34,196 nucleotides of DNA, taken from positions 1 to 34,196 of IMG/VR virus record IMGVR_UViG_3300036815_000071, one strand, 5' to 3'. Every line of letters starts with the position of its first letter. The stretch's first letter is position 1. Source of the DNA: a virus (Duplodnaviria; Caudoviricetes). Both the position numbers and the translations under genes were made by a program. Under the pieces are notes generated by a model. It did no database searches and was not told the origin of the DNA. It was given only the letters and a program-made list of their open reading frames with translations. Below, piece by piece: positions 1 through 8,202 of the stretch.

Positions 1-996
1 CGGCTGGAAGAGCCGATGAGCATCGCGGCCGGTGCGCGCGGCTCCGTTGAACTGTGTCAAGCCGCGCAGGTAGCCGTCACTGCTTACGCCTTTGATTAGG
101 CGTTTGTACTTCGAAACTGATGACGTAGACGCCTGAAGACGGATTGCTATGAGTTCACGTACCGCATCTGGAAGACTTGTGTCTGTGAGTCTGCGCTCCA
201 ACGTATCGGCCCGCATGTCAGGTAGCGTAACTGCGTGCTCTCGGAGTATGTATTGAAGCAACTTATCACGCTGAGTTGCTGCGCTAACATCACCTGCCGT
301 TGCTTCGCTAACGTCATTCGCAAGGCCGGCTTGCGCAACGTCAACCGCCTCGATTGCTTTGGTTGCGAGTTCCGTATCGACATAGACACCTGCCATGTTC
401 ATTCGTTGATCGAGAAACCACAGGTTGAGTTCTGCGGCGTTGTTTGGGTAGTTCCACTTCGGCATCTTGTTGTGGAGCTCGCGCATCGCGCGAATGTCCG
501 ACTTCGCGTACTCCTTGAACTCTTCCCACTCGGCCGGATGCGTGAGCCGAGTCTTGCGCCGCAGCTTGCTGGTTTTGCTTTGCGGTTTGCAGAACATTTG
601 AATCAGTTGCTTGCCGCGTTTGTCCTTCGCGTTGTCGCCCAGCTTGAAGATTTCAGAGAGCGAGCCAAGCGACCCCGGCAATCCGTGGGCGAGCGCTTGA
701 ACCATCGTGTCTCGCCATTCACGCTCCGGTATGCGCTGGTAGAGTCCAGGCTCAGCATGCTTTAAAACAACGCGATCAAACATGCCTCCGTTCTGCCAAT
801 ACTTCTCCGTTGAGTTGAGCAAGGCAAGATCAAGCGCAGTGGGCAGGTTTCGCGTTTCGGTTAAGTCCCAACACTCAACAGGGCCGTCGTCAACGGCCCA
901 CGTCAGGAGCATCACTTCCGCCTTTTCGGCGTAAGCGTGCGTACCGTTCGCTATTGGCACTTCGGAGTAGGTTTCGGTATCAAGCCAAAGTTTCAC
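1..996 (-). CDS. Family A DNA polymerase (APSE/SPO2-type), N-terminal part, runs off the window
   Basis: Translated by hand: MKLWLDTETYSEVP... (ExoI DxE), NGGMFDR (ExoII), YAKSD (ExoIII), ending ...LRGLTQFNGAARTGRDAHRLFQP at the window edge. The GTG start overlaps the upstream stop (GTGA). Absent from the ORF track. Confidence 0.93.
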   Translation of the reverse strand, partial: MKLWLDTETYSEVPIANGTHAYAEKAEVMLLTWAVDDGPVECWDLTETRNLPTALDLALLNSTEKYWQNGGMFDRVVLKHAEPGLYQRIPEREWRDTMVQALAHGLPGSLGSLSEIFKLGDNAKDKRGKQLIQMFCKPQSKTSKLRRKTRLTHPAEWEEFKEYAKSDIRAMRELHNKMPKWNYPNNAAELNLWFLDQRMNMAGVYVDTELATKAIEAVDVAQAGLANDVSEATAGDVSAATQRDKLLQYILREHAVTLPDMRADTLERRLTDTSLPDAVRELIAIRLQASTSSVSKYKRLIKGVSSDGYLRGLTQFNGAARTGRDAHRLFQP

Positions 997-1193
997 GGGA
1001 GCACCTCGAACTCAGCTTCAATCCAAATGTCATCTTGCTTGGTTTTGAAGCGCTTGACGTACCATACTTCGAAGTTATCGCCTGTAAGACAACCGCACTG
1101 AACAAGCCATTTCGCAGCTTTACCAAAAGTGGTGAATTGAACTACCGGCGCGTCGATATCGCCGCCTTTCTCGATCACGTTGAACATGGTCAA
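993..1193 (-). CDS. Hypothetical protein, 66 aa or slightly shorter
   Basis: Fills the gap between SSB and polymerase, and its stop overlaps the polymerase start. Confidence 0.7.
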   Translation of the reverse strand: MTMFNVIEKGGDIDAPVVQFTTFGKAAKWLVQCGCLTGDNFEVWYVKRFKTKQDDIWIEAEFEVLP

Positions 1194-1219
1194 ACCCCGC
1201 GCGCGCGGGGCCTCCGTAG

Positions 1220-1813
1220 TTAGGCCAAATCGTCCGCTTCTTCCGGCGCGTCAATCGCATCGAAGTCGCCGTCCTTCGCGACACCCGCACCGCCGAAGCT
1301 GTCACCCTGGCCGGCGTACTGAATGCCGAGCAGCGAGCAGCGAACGCCGCTGTTTGTCCCCGACTGGCAATAGATCGACACCTTGGCGTTGACGTAGCAC
1401 CCGGCGTACAGACGGCCTTCGCCACCCGTCAGCTTCGCAGCCTTGCCCGTGGCCGGGTCTTTGATGCTGTCCAGCAAGATAGGCTTTCCGTCCTTTTGCT
1501 TTCGATGCGCGCCAAGCGCGAACATACCTTCGAAGCCGTCGTACACTTCGCCCGCCTTGTCCTTCTTGTTCTTCGGGTAGCACCACTGCGTCTTGCTCCC
1601 GCGCATGTCGTCCAGCATGCCGTCGGCCTTCTTGCCCCACAGCGTAGCGGCTTCCGCCTTGATGGCTTCCTGAATCAGTTTGTCGTTCGCGTCACCGGGT
1701 TTCACGATGAACGTAGCCGAGTGTCGGAAGTTCTTATTGCCTTCATAGTCTTCGGCGTCGCCAAGCGCCGATTGGCAAAATGCGAGACGTACATTCTTGA
1801 GCATCAGTTCCAT
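1220..1813 (-). CDS. DUF2815-family single-stranded DNA-binding protein
   Basis: LKNVRLAF N-terminus, LYAGCYVNAKV..Y and GVRCSLLGIQY..GDSFGG motifs, acidic C-terminal tail; lies between DUF2800 nuclease and polymerase. Confidence 0.88.
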   Translation of the reverse strand: MELMLKNVRLAFCQSALGDAEDYEGNKNFRHSATFIVKPGDANDKLIQEAIKAEAATLWGKKADGMLDDMRGSKTQWCYPKNKKDKAGEVYDGFEGMFALGAHRKQKDGKPILLDSIKDPATGKAAKLTGGEGRLYAGCYVNAKVSIYCQSGTNSGVRCSLLGIQYAGQGDSFGGAGVAKDGDFDAIDAPEEADDLA

Positions 1814-1822
1814 GATTTTTCC

Positions 1823-3070
1823 TTAGCAGAGGTCGTCAGAGGCTTCGAAGCCGTCTTCAACCGGTTTAATTTCAAGAGCCGGACGCTTGTCCGAATCGAG
1901 TGCAACGTGCGGCTTGCCGGCGGGCTGCACAATCAACGCTTCGATGTGCTTCAACTGGCGCGGCCGATCTTTCATCACTTCGAGGATCGGCTTGGGGCCA
2001 AGAAGTTTGAAGCTATACATCTGATCCTGCTTCACGCGGAACTTCTTGAGCATCGCTTCCGCTTCTTCGTCGCTCGCCCACTGGCGGTTACCCTTCTTGC
2101 CGGCGACTAGCTTCAAGCCAGGGATCGACTTGCCCGCCAGGAGTTCGAACTCGATACGAGCGCGAACCGCTTTCAGCCAATCCTCAATCACTTCGATTTC
2201 AGGGAAAATCCGGCCTAAAGTTTCAACAGAAAAGTGCGTCGGCTCGTTGAGAGTGTCGCCTTTTTCTAGCGCATCGAAGGACGTTGCGATAACCTCTTCG
2301 ACGTGCGCAACACGGGCCGGACAAACAGCGGCTGCTTTGCACCACTGGCAACCCTTCTCGGTTACTTTGAAGTCCTCCGTTTTCAATGCGCGTTCGCCAA
2401 CCATTGCGCGAATGAGAAGTGCCTTTTCGGCGGCGGGCTTGGCGACTTCCTCGACCCACGCAAGCAAGTCGTCCGTGGGAATCGTGCTGCCTTCGATCGA
2501 CTCTTTGCTGCGCGCCGGTTGTTCTATAACGAGATTCACGTAAGTAAATTCGTCAGTCAGTGCGTATTTCTCGATCACGCCGGCCGCATACATTTTCAAT
2601 TGCGGGTTGTCATCAACCAGCACTTCCGAGTAGCCGAACTTGGCATCGATGATATCTAGCCAGGATTGATACTTAGAGTGAACCCGAAGCACAACATCCG
2701 CGCGCCCCGTTGCGCCTTTCTCGCCTGTAATGTGATCGATAGGAACATCCTGTTCAAGGTCCATTTGAACTACAAGGTCTAGATTCTCGTAGTTCTGAAT
2801 CCGGGCGCGAACATTATCGACCACGTTCTGAACGTCGGCGGCGAACTCTGCGTGAACGGTGTGCCCTTTCTTCATAACCGCGCCGATGTAGGCCTTCGCA
2901 TCTACGTTGTCGAAGCTCAGGCACAGCGTTAGCAGTTCGTGCTTATCAGTACCCAAGTCGGCGGCCGCGCCGGCAGTGTCAGGCTGGCCGACTTCAGCCG
3001 CCAGTGAGTTAGCGCACGTGATCCACTTCTCGGCCGACGACGGCGAAGCGATGGCGTGATAGTCGCTCAT
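1823..3070 (-). CDS. DUF2800-family PD-(D/E)XK (Cas4-like) exonuclease
   Basis: HAIASPSSAEKW..C, GTDKHE, GRADVV, IIDAKFG, NPQLKMYA, CQWC...CP, GLKLVAG...RQW. Start moved to ATG at 3070 (ATGA overlap with the upstream stop). Confidence 0.88.
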   Translation of the reverse strand: MSDYHAIASPSSAEKWITCANSLAAEVGQPDTAGAAADLGTDKHELLTLCLSFDNVDAKAYIGAVMKKGHTVHAEFAADVQNVVDNVRARIQNYENLDLVVQMDLEQDVPIDHITGEKGATGRADVVLRVHSKYQSWLDIIDAKFGYSEVLVDDNPQLKMYAAGVIEKYALTDEFTYVNLVIEQPARSKESIEGSTIPTDDLLAWVEEVAKPAAEKALLIRAMVGERALKTEDFKVTEKGCQWCKAAAVCPARVAHVEEVIATSFDALEKGDTLNEPTHFSVETLGRIFPEIEVIEDWLKAVRARIEFELLAGKSIPGLKLVAGKKGNRQWASDEEAEAMLKKFRVKQDQMYSFKLLGPKPILEVMKDRPRQLKHIEALIVQPAGKPHVALDSDKRPALEIKPVEDGFEASDDLC

Positions 3071-3468
3071 AGCAATGCCTGCTCTTTCGTGAAGTTGATG
3101 TAGTCCTCCCACTGCGCTTCAACCAGCTGGGTTGCGCGGTCCACGCCGAAGTGTGCGAGCGCCGCGATAGTTGTATCGCGCCCCTTCGCGGCCGACAGCG
3201 CGTTTGTTGCCTTCTTCACGTCGTCATAGCTGACCGCTGCGGATTCGCTTTCTGAAGGCGGCGAAGTGTCGATAGTGGTATTCAGTTTCTCGTTTGGGAC
3301 TTCCGCCCGAACTTCGAGACCTAATGCTGTGGCCGCTTTGAAATCGGCGGGTTCCAACAGCACTGATTCCTTAACGGTAATCGGCGTAATCATGGCTTTA
3401 TGCTGATTCAAGGCGTAAGTAAGCGCAAGAACCGCTTTGGTCAACTCAGCAATGCTTTCTTCCAACAT
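3067..3468 (-). CDS. Conserved phage hypothetical protein, first gene of the leftward replication operon
   Basis: AGGAG RBS; N-terminal coiled coil; C-terminal VSYDDVKKA...LAHFGV..ATQL domain of the kind usually found upstream of DUF2800 genes. Confidence 0.8.
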   Translation of the reverse strand: MLEESIAELTKAVLALTYALNQHKAMITPITVKESVLLEPADFKAATALGLEVRAEVPNEKLNTTIDTSPPSESESAAVSYDDVKKATNALSAAKGRDTTIAALAHFGVDRATQLVEAQWEDYINFTKEQALL

Positions 3469-3504
3469 GTGTTTTTCTCCTAAGTGGGTTTGTACCGCAA
3501 ACGA

Positions 3505-3534
3505 AATTTAAGTGACGATTTGCACGCGTGTCAA
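3505..3534 (-). promoter_or_regulatory. Leftward sigma70-type promoter
   Basis: Minus strand TTGACA-N18-TAAATT, upstream of the replication operon. Confidence 0.65.
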
Positions 3535-3547
3535 GCTAAATTTGCAC

Positions 3548-3576
3548 TTGCTATTGCGTTTTGCGTTTGCTATAGT
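3548..3576 (+). promoter_or_regulatory. Rightward sigma70-type promoter with extended -10
   Basis: TTGCTA-N17-TATAGT with TG at the extended -10 position; related to the copies at 8203 and 31416. Confidence 0.7.
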
Positions 3577-3602
3577 TCTCTTAACGAAACCGGAGAAACA
3601 TC

Positions 3603-3731
3603 ATGATCTTCAAAAACCTAGCCGACCTGTTTGTTTTCGTAAACGGAATGACGCGCGAAGAGGCAAACGAGCAAATCAAGCTGTACTACGCTTACGACGC
3701 GGCCCAAGAAGTCGAGACTTACAAAGGTTGA
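3603..3731 (+). CDS. 42-aa microprotein MIFKNLADLFVFVNGMTREEANEQIKLYYAYDAAQEVETYKG
   Basis: GGAGA RBS just downstream of the promoter; below the ORF-track size cut-off. Confidence 0.7.
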   Translation: MIFKNLADLFVFVNGMTREEANEQIKLYYAYDAAQEVETYKG

Positions 3732-3745
3732 AATGGGGAGTTGAA

Positions 3746-3847
3746 ATGTCACAACTAGCAAGCGCCATGATGCACGCGGTCTACTTCGAATGTTCGGAAG
3801 CTTTGATTCGTGAATTCGCAGCACAACTTATTTCGGGTAACTACTGA
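3746..3847 (+). CDS. 33-aa microprotein MSQLASAMMHAVYFECSEALIREFAAQLISGNY
   Basis: GGGGAG RBS; stop overlaps the next ATG (TGATG). Confidence 0.6.
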   Translation: MSQLASAMMHAVYFECSEALIREFAAQLISGNY

Positions 3848-4125
3848 TGGGAATCGAAGTTTTCAAAGAGTGGCTGGATGAGTCAGCTGTCTATGAGAAA
3901 TTGGCAGTTGCCTCGCTTGCTGATACGTCGCTCAACATGCTCTACCAGCTGGGGAGCGAGAACCGCAAGGCAAGCTCTGATCTGGCAGGGCGCATTGTGT
4001 CAGCCATCAGTTGCATTAACAGCCGTGCGCGTCACAAGCCGCTGCCATCTGTTGGCCGTGGCGACCTGGCTGCGGCGTGCGCCAAGTGCCCTTATTACAA
4101 TTCGTGTGAGGAGTTTAAGGAGTGA
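3847..4125 (+). CDS. Cro/CI-like HTH regulator with C-terminal CxxC
   Basis: VASLADTSLNMLYQLGSENRKAS resembles an XRE-type HTH; ends ACAKCPY; lies next to the divergent promoters. Confidence 0.65.
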   Translation: MGIEVFKEWLDESAVYEKLAVASLADTSLNMLYQLGSENRKASSDLAGRIVSAISCINSRARHKPLPSVGRGDLAAACAKCPYYNSCEEFKE

Positions 4126-4159
4126 TACACTAACCGCGATCTCCTCAGTGCTTTAAGTT

Positions 4160-4184
4160 GAGCCGCCTTGTGCGGCTCTTTTTT
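4160..4184 (+). terminator. Rho-independent terminator
   Basis: GAGCCGC-CTTGT-GCGGCTC hairpin followed by T6. Confidence 0.85.
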
Positions 4185-4250
4185 CGTCTTGTGGTTTTGC
4201 GAATTCGGAGTAGGATAGCCGGACTTCGTTGGACAACTAGGAGATCACCT

Positions 4251-4427
4251 GTGCTTATCCCTATCGCCGATGTTCTGGCGCTTATTCCCGTCGCTCGTTC
4301 TACCCTCTACCTCCGCATGGCCGAACCTGACTTCCCGAAACCCGTTCGCATCGGCGGGCGTGTATTTTGGGAGCAGGAAGACATTCTTGCCTACATCGAT
4401 TTCAAGAAAGACGCTGCGGAGGCGTAA
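4251..4427 (+). CDS. AlpA-family regulator / excisionase
   Basis: AGGAG RBS then GTG; DVLALIPVARSTLYLRM...FPKPVRIGGRVFW is the AlpA winged-HTH signature. Confidence 0.88.
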   Translation: MLIPIADVLALIPVARSTLYLRMAEPDFPKPVRIGGRVFWEQEDILAYIDFKKDAAEA

Positions 4428-5050
4428 TGATCGTCATTTCGCTTTTCGACAAAACAGGCAACATGGCGCGCCCTTGGGCTGAAGCAGGCTATAAGTGCTA
4501 CTGCTTCGACATCCAGCATGAGCAGCAGGAAATACAGGAGGGGAATACGGTTTTTATAAAGTGGGATGCTCTGAATTCCAGAAATTATTTGCCTGATATA
4601 TTTCCTTTGAAAGAAATAGCGGCAGTGTTCGCCTTCCCGCCCTGCACTCATCTTTCTGTGTCTGGCGCGCGCTGGTTCAAGGGCAAAGGACTTCGTTTGC
4701 TCGCGCAGTCTATCGAGATGTTTGCCGTTGCAACGGAAATTTGCGAGGCGTCAGACGCACCTTATTTAATCGAAAATCCGGTCAGCACAATTTCAACCTA
4801 CTGGCGCAAGCCGGATCACACGTTTCACCCGCATCACTTCACCGCATTCGAGCCGCAAGACAACTACACGAAGCAAACATGCCTGTGGACTGGTAACGGC
4901 TTTGTGATGCCGGAAAAGCGCACAATCGATCTTTCCGCGCCGGATAACCGTATCCATGCCGCGAAGCCCTCAGCAGAGCGCGCAGACTTCCGCAGCGCTA
5001 CGCCAATGGGCTTCGCCCGCGCAGTGTTCGAAGCCAACTCTCTGACATGA
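4427..5050 (+). CDS. Short C5 cytosine DNA methyltransferase-like protein
   Basis: ISLFDKTG (degenerate motif I), FAFPPCTHLS (catalytic PC), IENPV (motif VI), YTKQTCLW, RSATPMGFARA. The ATG overlaps the alpA stop. Confidence 0.8.
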   Translation: MIVISLFDKTGNMARPWAEAGYKCYCFDIQHEQQEIQEGNTVFIKWDALNSRNYLPDIFPLKEIAAVFAFPPCTHLSVSGARWFKGKGLRLLAQSIEMFAVATEICEASDAPYLIENPVSTISTYWRKPDHTFHPHHFTAFEPQDNYTKQTCLWTGNGFVMPEKRTIDLSAPDNRIHAAKPSAERADFRSATPMGFARAVFEANSLT

Positions 5051-7023
5051 CCCAATATCTTAAACTCTATGGCGAACGGCTAGTCGAGCTCGGCTACACC
5101 GTGCTGCCTATCAAGCCCGGCTCCAAACGCCCCGATATAAAAGACTGGCCGCGCCACGCTACCACCGCCGCCAATGTTGTCGCCTGGTACAGCAACGGCC
5201 GCGCGCAGCACGGCGTAGGCATCAATGCACGTAACACGCCGGCGATCGACGTCGATGTACTGGATCCAGAAGTGGCGCAGGCGATGTCGGACGCTATCGA
5301 CCAGGTATTCCCTGGCGTCGCGCTGATGACGCGCACGGGGCTGGCTCCCAAGTTCCTGATTCCGTTTCGCTCAGACGAACCCTTTCGCAAACTCGTATCG
5401 CAAACTTACACGGATGGCAAGCGTGACCACAAAGTCGAAATCCTCGGTGACGGACAGCAGTTCGTTGCTTATGCCGTCCACCCGGATACCGGTCGTCCAT
5501 ACGTCTGGTTTGACGGTGTTTCCGCTGAAGGTATCCGGGAAGTACGCCGGGATGAGTTGCCCGCCCTCACGCGAGATGATGCTCAACGCGTTATTGACGC
5601 ATTCGAGGTACTTGCGAGCAAGAAGGTTCTGAAAGGCGATTGGATTACCAAAGCTCAGATTAGCGTTATGGAGGAAAATCAACGGGTTAGCGACGATCCC
5701 TTCGCCGCGCATGCCGCGCCGGTAGGCAAAGCGGCGCATGAAGTAGAAGCGCTCCTCGCGCGCCATCCGAACAACGAAGCCGATTACGACCACTGGTTCA
5801 AGGTGCTGGCCGCTGTTCATCACGAGCTAGGCGATGCCGGCGAAGATATCGCGCACGCGTGGAGCACCGAGTCACACAAGCATACCGACGAAAAGTTCGA
5901 ACTCACATGGAATTCGCTTGGCAGCTACACCGGCCGCCAAGTCACCCTTCGCAGTTTGCTGAAGGAAGACAAAGCGGTCGCGCCGCCGGTTGGCGATTTC
6001 GTGCAGGCTGCGCAATTCGCATCTGCGCAGCGCGTCGAGTGGCACATCAAGCATGTGCTTCCGAAAAAGGGTTTGATCGTCATCTACGGCGAGCCGGGTT
6101 CGTCGAAGTCATTTTTCGCGCTGGACATGATCGCCCACATCGCACGCGGCTTGCCTTGGCGCGGCCACCGCACCCGGCAGGCTAACGTAGCCTACATCGC
6201 CGCCGAAGGCGTGGCGGGCTTCGGCAACCGTCTGGCAGCCTACGCAAAGCACCAGGACATCGCGCTGTCGGAATTGCCGGTGTTCGTGCGCGGCGGTGCG
6301 CTCATGCTTAATGAGTCCGCTATCGGCATTTCGGAGTCGGTGAACAAGATTGGCGGCGTAGGCGTGATCGTTATCGACACGCTTGCGGCCGTCACACCGG
6401 GCGACAACGAGAACACGTCAGAAGACATGGGCGAGGCGATCAAATCGGCGAATCTCATTATGGAAGCTACAGGCGCGTCGGTGATCCTCATCCACCACAG
6501 CAACAACCAAGGGGGGCTGCGTGGCTGGTCGGGCTTGCGCGGCGCGGTTGACAACCAGATCAGGATTGAGCGCAAGGAAGGCTTGCGCACCGCGCATATC
6601 GAGAAGCAGAAAGAAGGCGAAGACGGCCGCGCCTACGGCTACCGATTGCAGGTTGTCGATCTGTACACGGACGAAGACGGCGACGCTGTCACCAGTTGTG
6701 TTGTCGTCGAAGACGAAAACGTCGCACCGAACACGCGCAACGTGAAGAAGGAGCGCAAACCGCGTTCGGGCGATTTTGAGACGAGCGACAACTACATTAA
6801 AGCGCGGGACTTTTTAGCGATTATTCAGCACGCGATGGGCCTCGATCCGGAAGCGTCGATGACCGAAGATGAGATTGTTGAAGCGATTCAAGCGGACCCT
6901 AAAGCAAACGAAATGGGGCAAGACGACTATCCGCCCAAGCGCTACATCACCCCGACATTGCGGACCCTAGTGCAAAAAGGCAAGATTTACAGAGAGGGCC
7001 GTGATATAAAGCTTTGCGCGTGA
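5047..7023 (+). CDS. Primase-helicase: Prim-Pol + PriCT-2 + RepA/AAA_25-type helicase
   Basis: GYTVLPIKPGSKRP, IDVDV, GQQFVAYAVHPDTGRPYVW; YDHWFKVLAAVHH; Walker A GEPGSSKS, YIAAEG, Walker B VIVIDT, ILIHH, RGWSGLRGAVD. Confidence 0.92.
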   Translation: MTQYLKLYGERLVELGYTVLPIKPGSKRPDIKDWPRHATTAANVVAWYSNGRAQHGVGINARNTPAIDVDVLDPEVAQAMSDAIDQVFPGVALMTRTGLAPKFLIPFRSDEPFRKLVSQTYTDGKRDHKVEILGDGQQFVAYAVHPDTGRPYVWFDGVSAEGIREVRRDELPALTRDDAQRVIDAFEVLASKKVLKGDWITKAQISVMEENQRVSDDPFAAHAAPVGKAAHEVEALLARHPNNEADYDHWFKVLAAVHHELGDAGEDIAHAWSTESHKHTDEKFELTWNSLGSYTGRQVTLRSLLKEDKAVAPPVGDFVQAAQFASAQRVEWHIKHVLPKKGLIVIYGEPGSSKSFFALDMIAHIARGLPWRGHRTRQANVAYIAAEGVAGFGNRLAAYAKHQDIALSELPVFVRGGALMLNESAIGISESVNKIGGVGVIVIDTLAAVTPGDNENTSEDMGEAIKSANLIMEATGASVILIHHSNNQGGLRGWSGLRGAVDNQIRIERKEGLRTAHIEKQKEGEDGRAYGYRLQVVDLYTDEDGDAVTSCVVVEDENVAPNTRNVKKERKPRSGDFETSDNYIKARDFLAIIQHAMGLDPEASMTEDEIVEAIQADPKANEMGQDDYPPKRYITPTLRTLVQKGKIYREGRDIKLCA

Positions 7024-7028
7024 TTTGT

Positions 7029-7134
7029 CGGACGCTACGGACCCTAGCGGACCCTAGCGGACGTTACCTACGGACCCTTAGCGGACCCTACGGACCCTAC
7101 ACCCCTGTCTTTAGACAGGGTAGGGTAGGGTCCG
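7029..7134. repeat. Iteron array plus hairpin, probable replication origin
   Basis: Seven CGGACCCTA-like direct repeats (7029, 7038, 7048, 7058, 7071, 7082, 7091), then a CCCTGTCT-TT-AGACAGGG hairpin and one inverted copy at 7126-7134. Directly after the primase-helicase stop. Confidence 0.75.
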
Positions 7135-7154
7135 AAATAACTTACGGAGTTGTA

Positions 7155-7334
7155 ATGTTTATAAGATTGCACCTTGCCGAAACCGGCGGAGCGTTTTACG
7201 TGAACACCGATCGCGTCCTGTATTTCGGAAAAATGATGGAAGCTACCGCGATGCATTTCACCGGAGGGGAAGTACGCCGAATTCGCGAGACACCAGCGGA
7301 GATTTGTGCACTCCTGGCGGAAGCTTCGAAATGA
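7155..7334 (+). CDS. Small hypothetical protein, weakly FlbD-like
   Basis: GGAG RBS; MFIRLH...FYVNTDRV...TAMHFTGGE...IRETPAEI pattern. Confidence 0.65.
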   Translation: MFIRLHLAETGGAFYVNTDRVLYFGKMMEATAMHFTGGEVRRIRETPAEICALLAEASK

Positions 7335-7513
7335 CCCGCGACGAATCGGTGTTGTGCGCAACGTGTGGCCGGGAGTTCACGATTGCTCTGGTCACGATGG
7401 TGAGGCTCCGGCATCCGCTTTGGTGTGAGAGTTGTATTGCGAATGCCGATCAGGCTTTACGAGAAGCCAGCCAGCGGGCTGCGGGAGTCGGGCAGGTGCT
7501 AGGGGAGGTGTAG
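7331..7513 (+). CDS. Small zinc-ribbon protein
   Basis: CATC...CESC; ATGA overlap with the upstream gene. Confidence 0.65.
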   Translation: MTRDESVLCATCGREFTIALVTMVRLRHPLWCESCIANADQALREASQRAAGVGQVLGEV

Positions 7514-7521
7514 AAGCGAAG

Positions 7522-7544
7522 AAGCCGCCAGAAGGCGGCTTTTT
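7522..7544. terminator. Rho-independent terminator between convergent operons
   Basis: AAGCCGCC-AGAA-GGCGGCTT-TTT, with stop codons on both sides (7513 on +, 7546 on -). Confidence 0.85.
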
Positions 7545-7545
7545 G

Positions 7546-7719
7546 CTATTTGGCGGTGCGCATTCGGGTTAGTGTGGCGTGTGTCTCGCGCACGACTGCT
7601 TTTACGCGGTCGTCCAGCAACTGGTAGGCGACAGGCCGGTTGTGGAAGTTGCTGATGGCGCACATCGGTGCCCAACGGGTTCTGTCTTCGAATCGTCTCG
7701 AGCGTTGGTATTCGTTCAT
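7546..7719 (-). CDS. 57-aa hypothetical protein MNEYQRSRRFEDRTRWAPMC...
   Basis: Hand translation; starts immediately after the upstream stop and ends at the terminator. Confidence 0.65.
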   Translation of the reverse strand: MNEYQRSRRFEDRTRWAPMCAISNFHNRPVAYQLLDDRVKAVVRETHATLTRMRTAK

Positions 7720-7720
7720 G

Positions 7721-7900
7721 TCAGTGCACCTGAGCGTAGCCGAGCGTTAAGCCAGGATTGGCAGCAATCAGCGCGTCGCGGTCTTCAAACCGACCGACGA
7801 TCGCCAGGTGATCAGCCATTGCTTCGAGCGTTGGAGGGCCGTCTGAGCGGATGTAGCCAACCGGCACATCGCCGGGCGTGAGGATGACGTAGGTGATCAT
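7721..7900 (-). CDS. 59-aa hypothetical protein MITYVILTPGDVPVGY...
   Basis: ATGA coupling with the upstream ORF fixes the start at 7900. Confidence 0.7.
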   Translation of the reverse strand: MITYVILTPGDVPVGYIRSDGPPTLEAMADHLAIVGRFEDRDALIAANPGLTLGYAQVH

Positions 7901-8025
7901 TGCATCACCACCTGGTCGTAGAAGATCGTCTGGAAGTAGCAATGGATCAGGTGCCCGTCTGAGCACCGATAGTCGCAGGAATGCAGGATTGCATCCTTGA
8001 AGTTGTGATACGTGTGTTCGAACAT
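7897..8025 (-). CDS. 42-aa His/Cys-rich microprotein MFEHTYHNFKDAILHSCDYRCSDGHLIHCYFQTIFYDQVVMQ
   Basis: GAGG RBS; tiles exactly between its neighbours. Confidence 0.6.
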   Translation of the reverse strand: MFEHTYHNFKDAILHSCDYRCSDGHLIHCYFQTIFYDQVVMQ

Positions 8026-8027
8026 GA

Positions 8028-8177
8028 TCAGACCTCTTCGATGTTCAGGATTTCGCCGTGAACCAGGCCACGAGCTTCGAAATGCGCGATGAAAACGTCT
8101 TGCGCTTGCTCTTCGCTGTTTGCTGCAACCACGACAGCTTGCGACCGTCCGTCTACGCGATGAATGATTTCGAACAT
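8028..8177 (-). CDS. 49-aa hypothetical protein MFEIIHRVDGRSQAVVV...
   Basis: GAGGAG RBS directly downstream of the 8203-8232 promoter. Confidence 0.72.
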   Translation of the reverse strand: MFEIIHRVDGRSQAVVVAANSEEQAQDVFIAHFEARGLVHGEILNIEEV

Positions 8178-8202
8178 GTTGTTTTCTCCTCGGTGTGAGA
8201 TT

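Noticed and set aside
147-765. ORF-track calls 147-389, 235-765 and 341-529
   Set aside because: They are shadows of the polymerase frame (1-996, minus), which the track missed because it has no stop within the window.
1823-3070. Cas4-like nuclease as part of a CRISPR system
   Set aside because: No cas1/cas2 or array; the DUF2800-SSB-PolA context is a standard phage replication module.
7029-7134. Short repeats as a mini-CRISPR array
   Set aside because: Units are about 9-10 bp with 0-4 bp between them and no unique spacers. Their position after the primase-helicase fits iterons.
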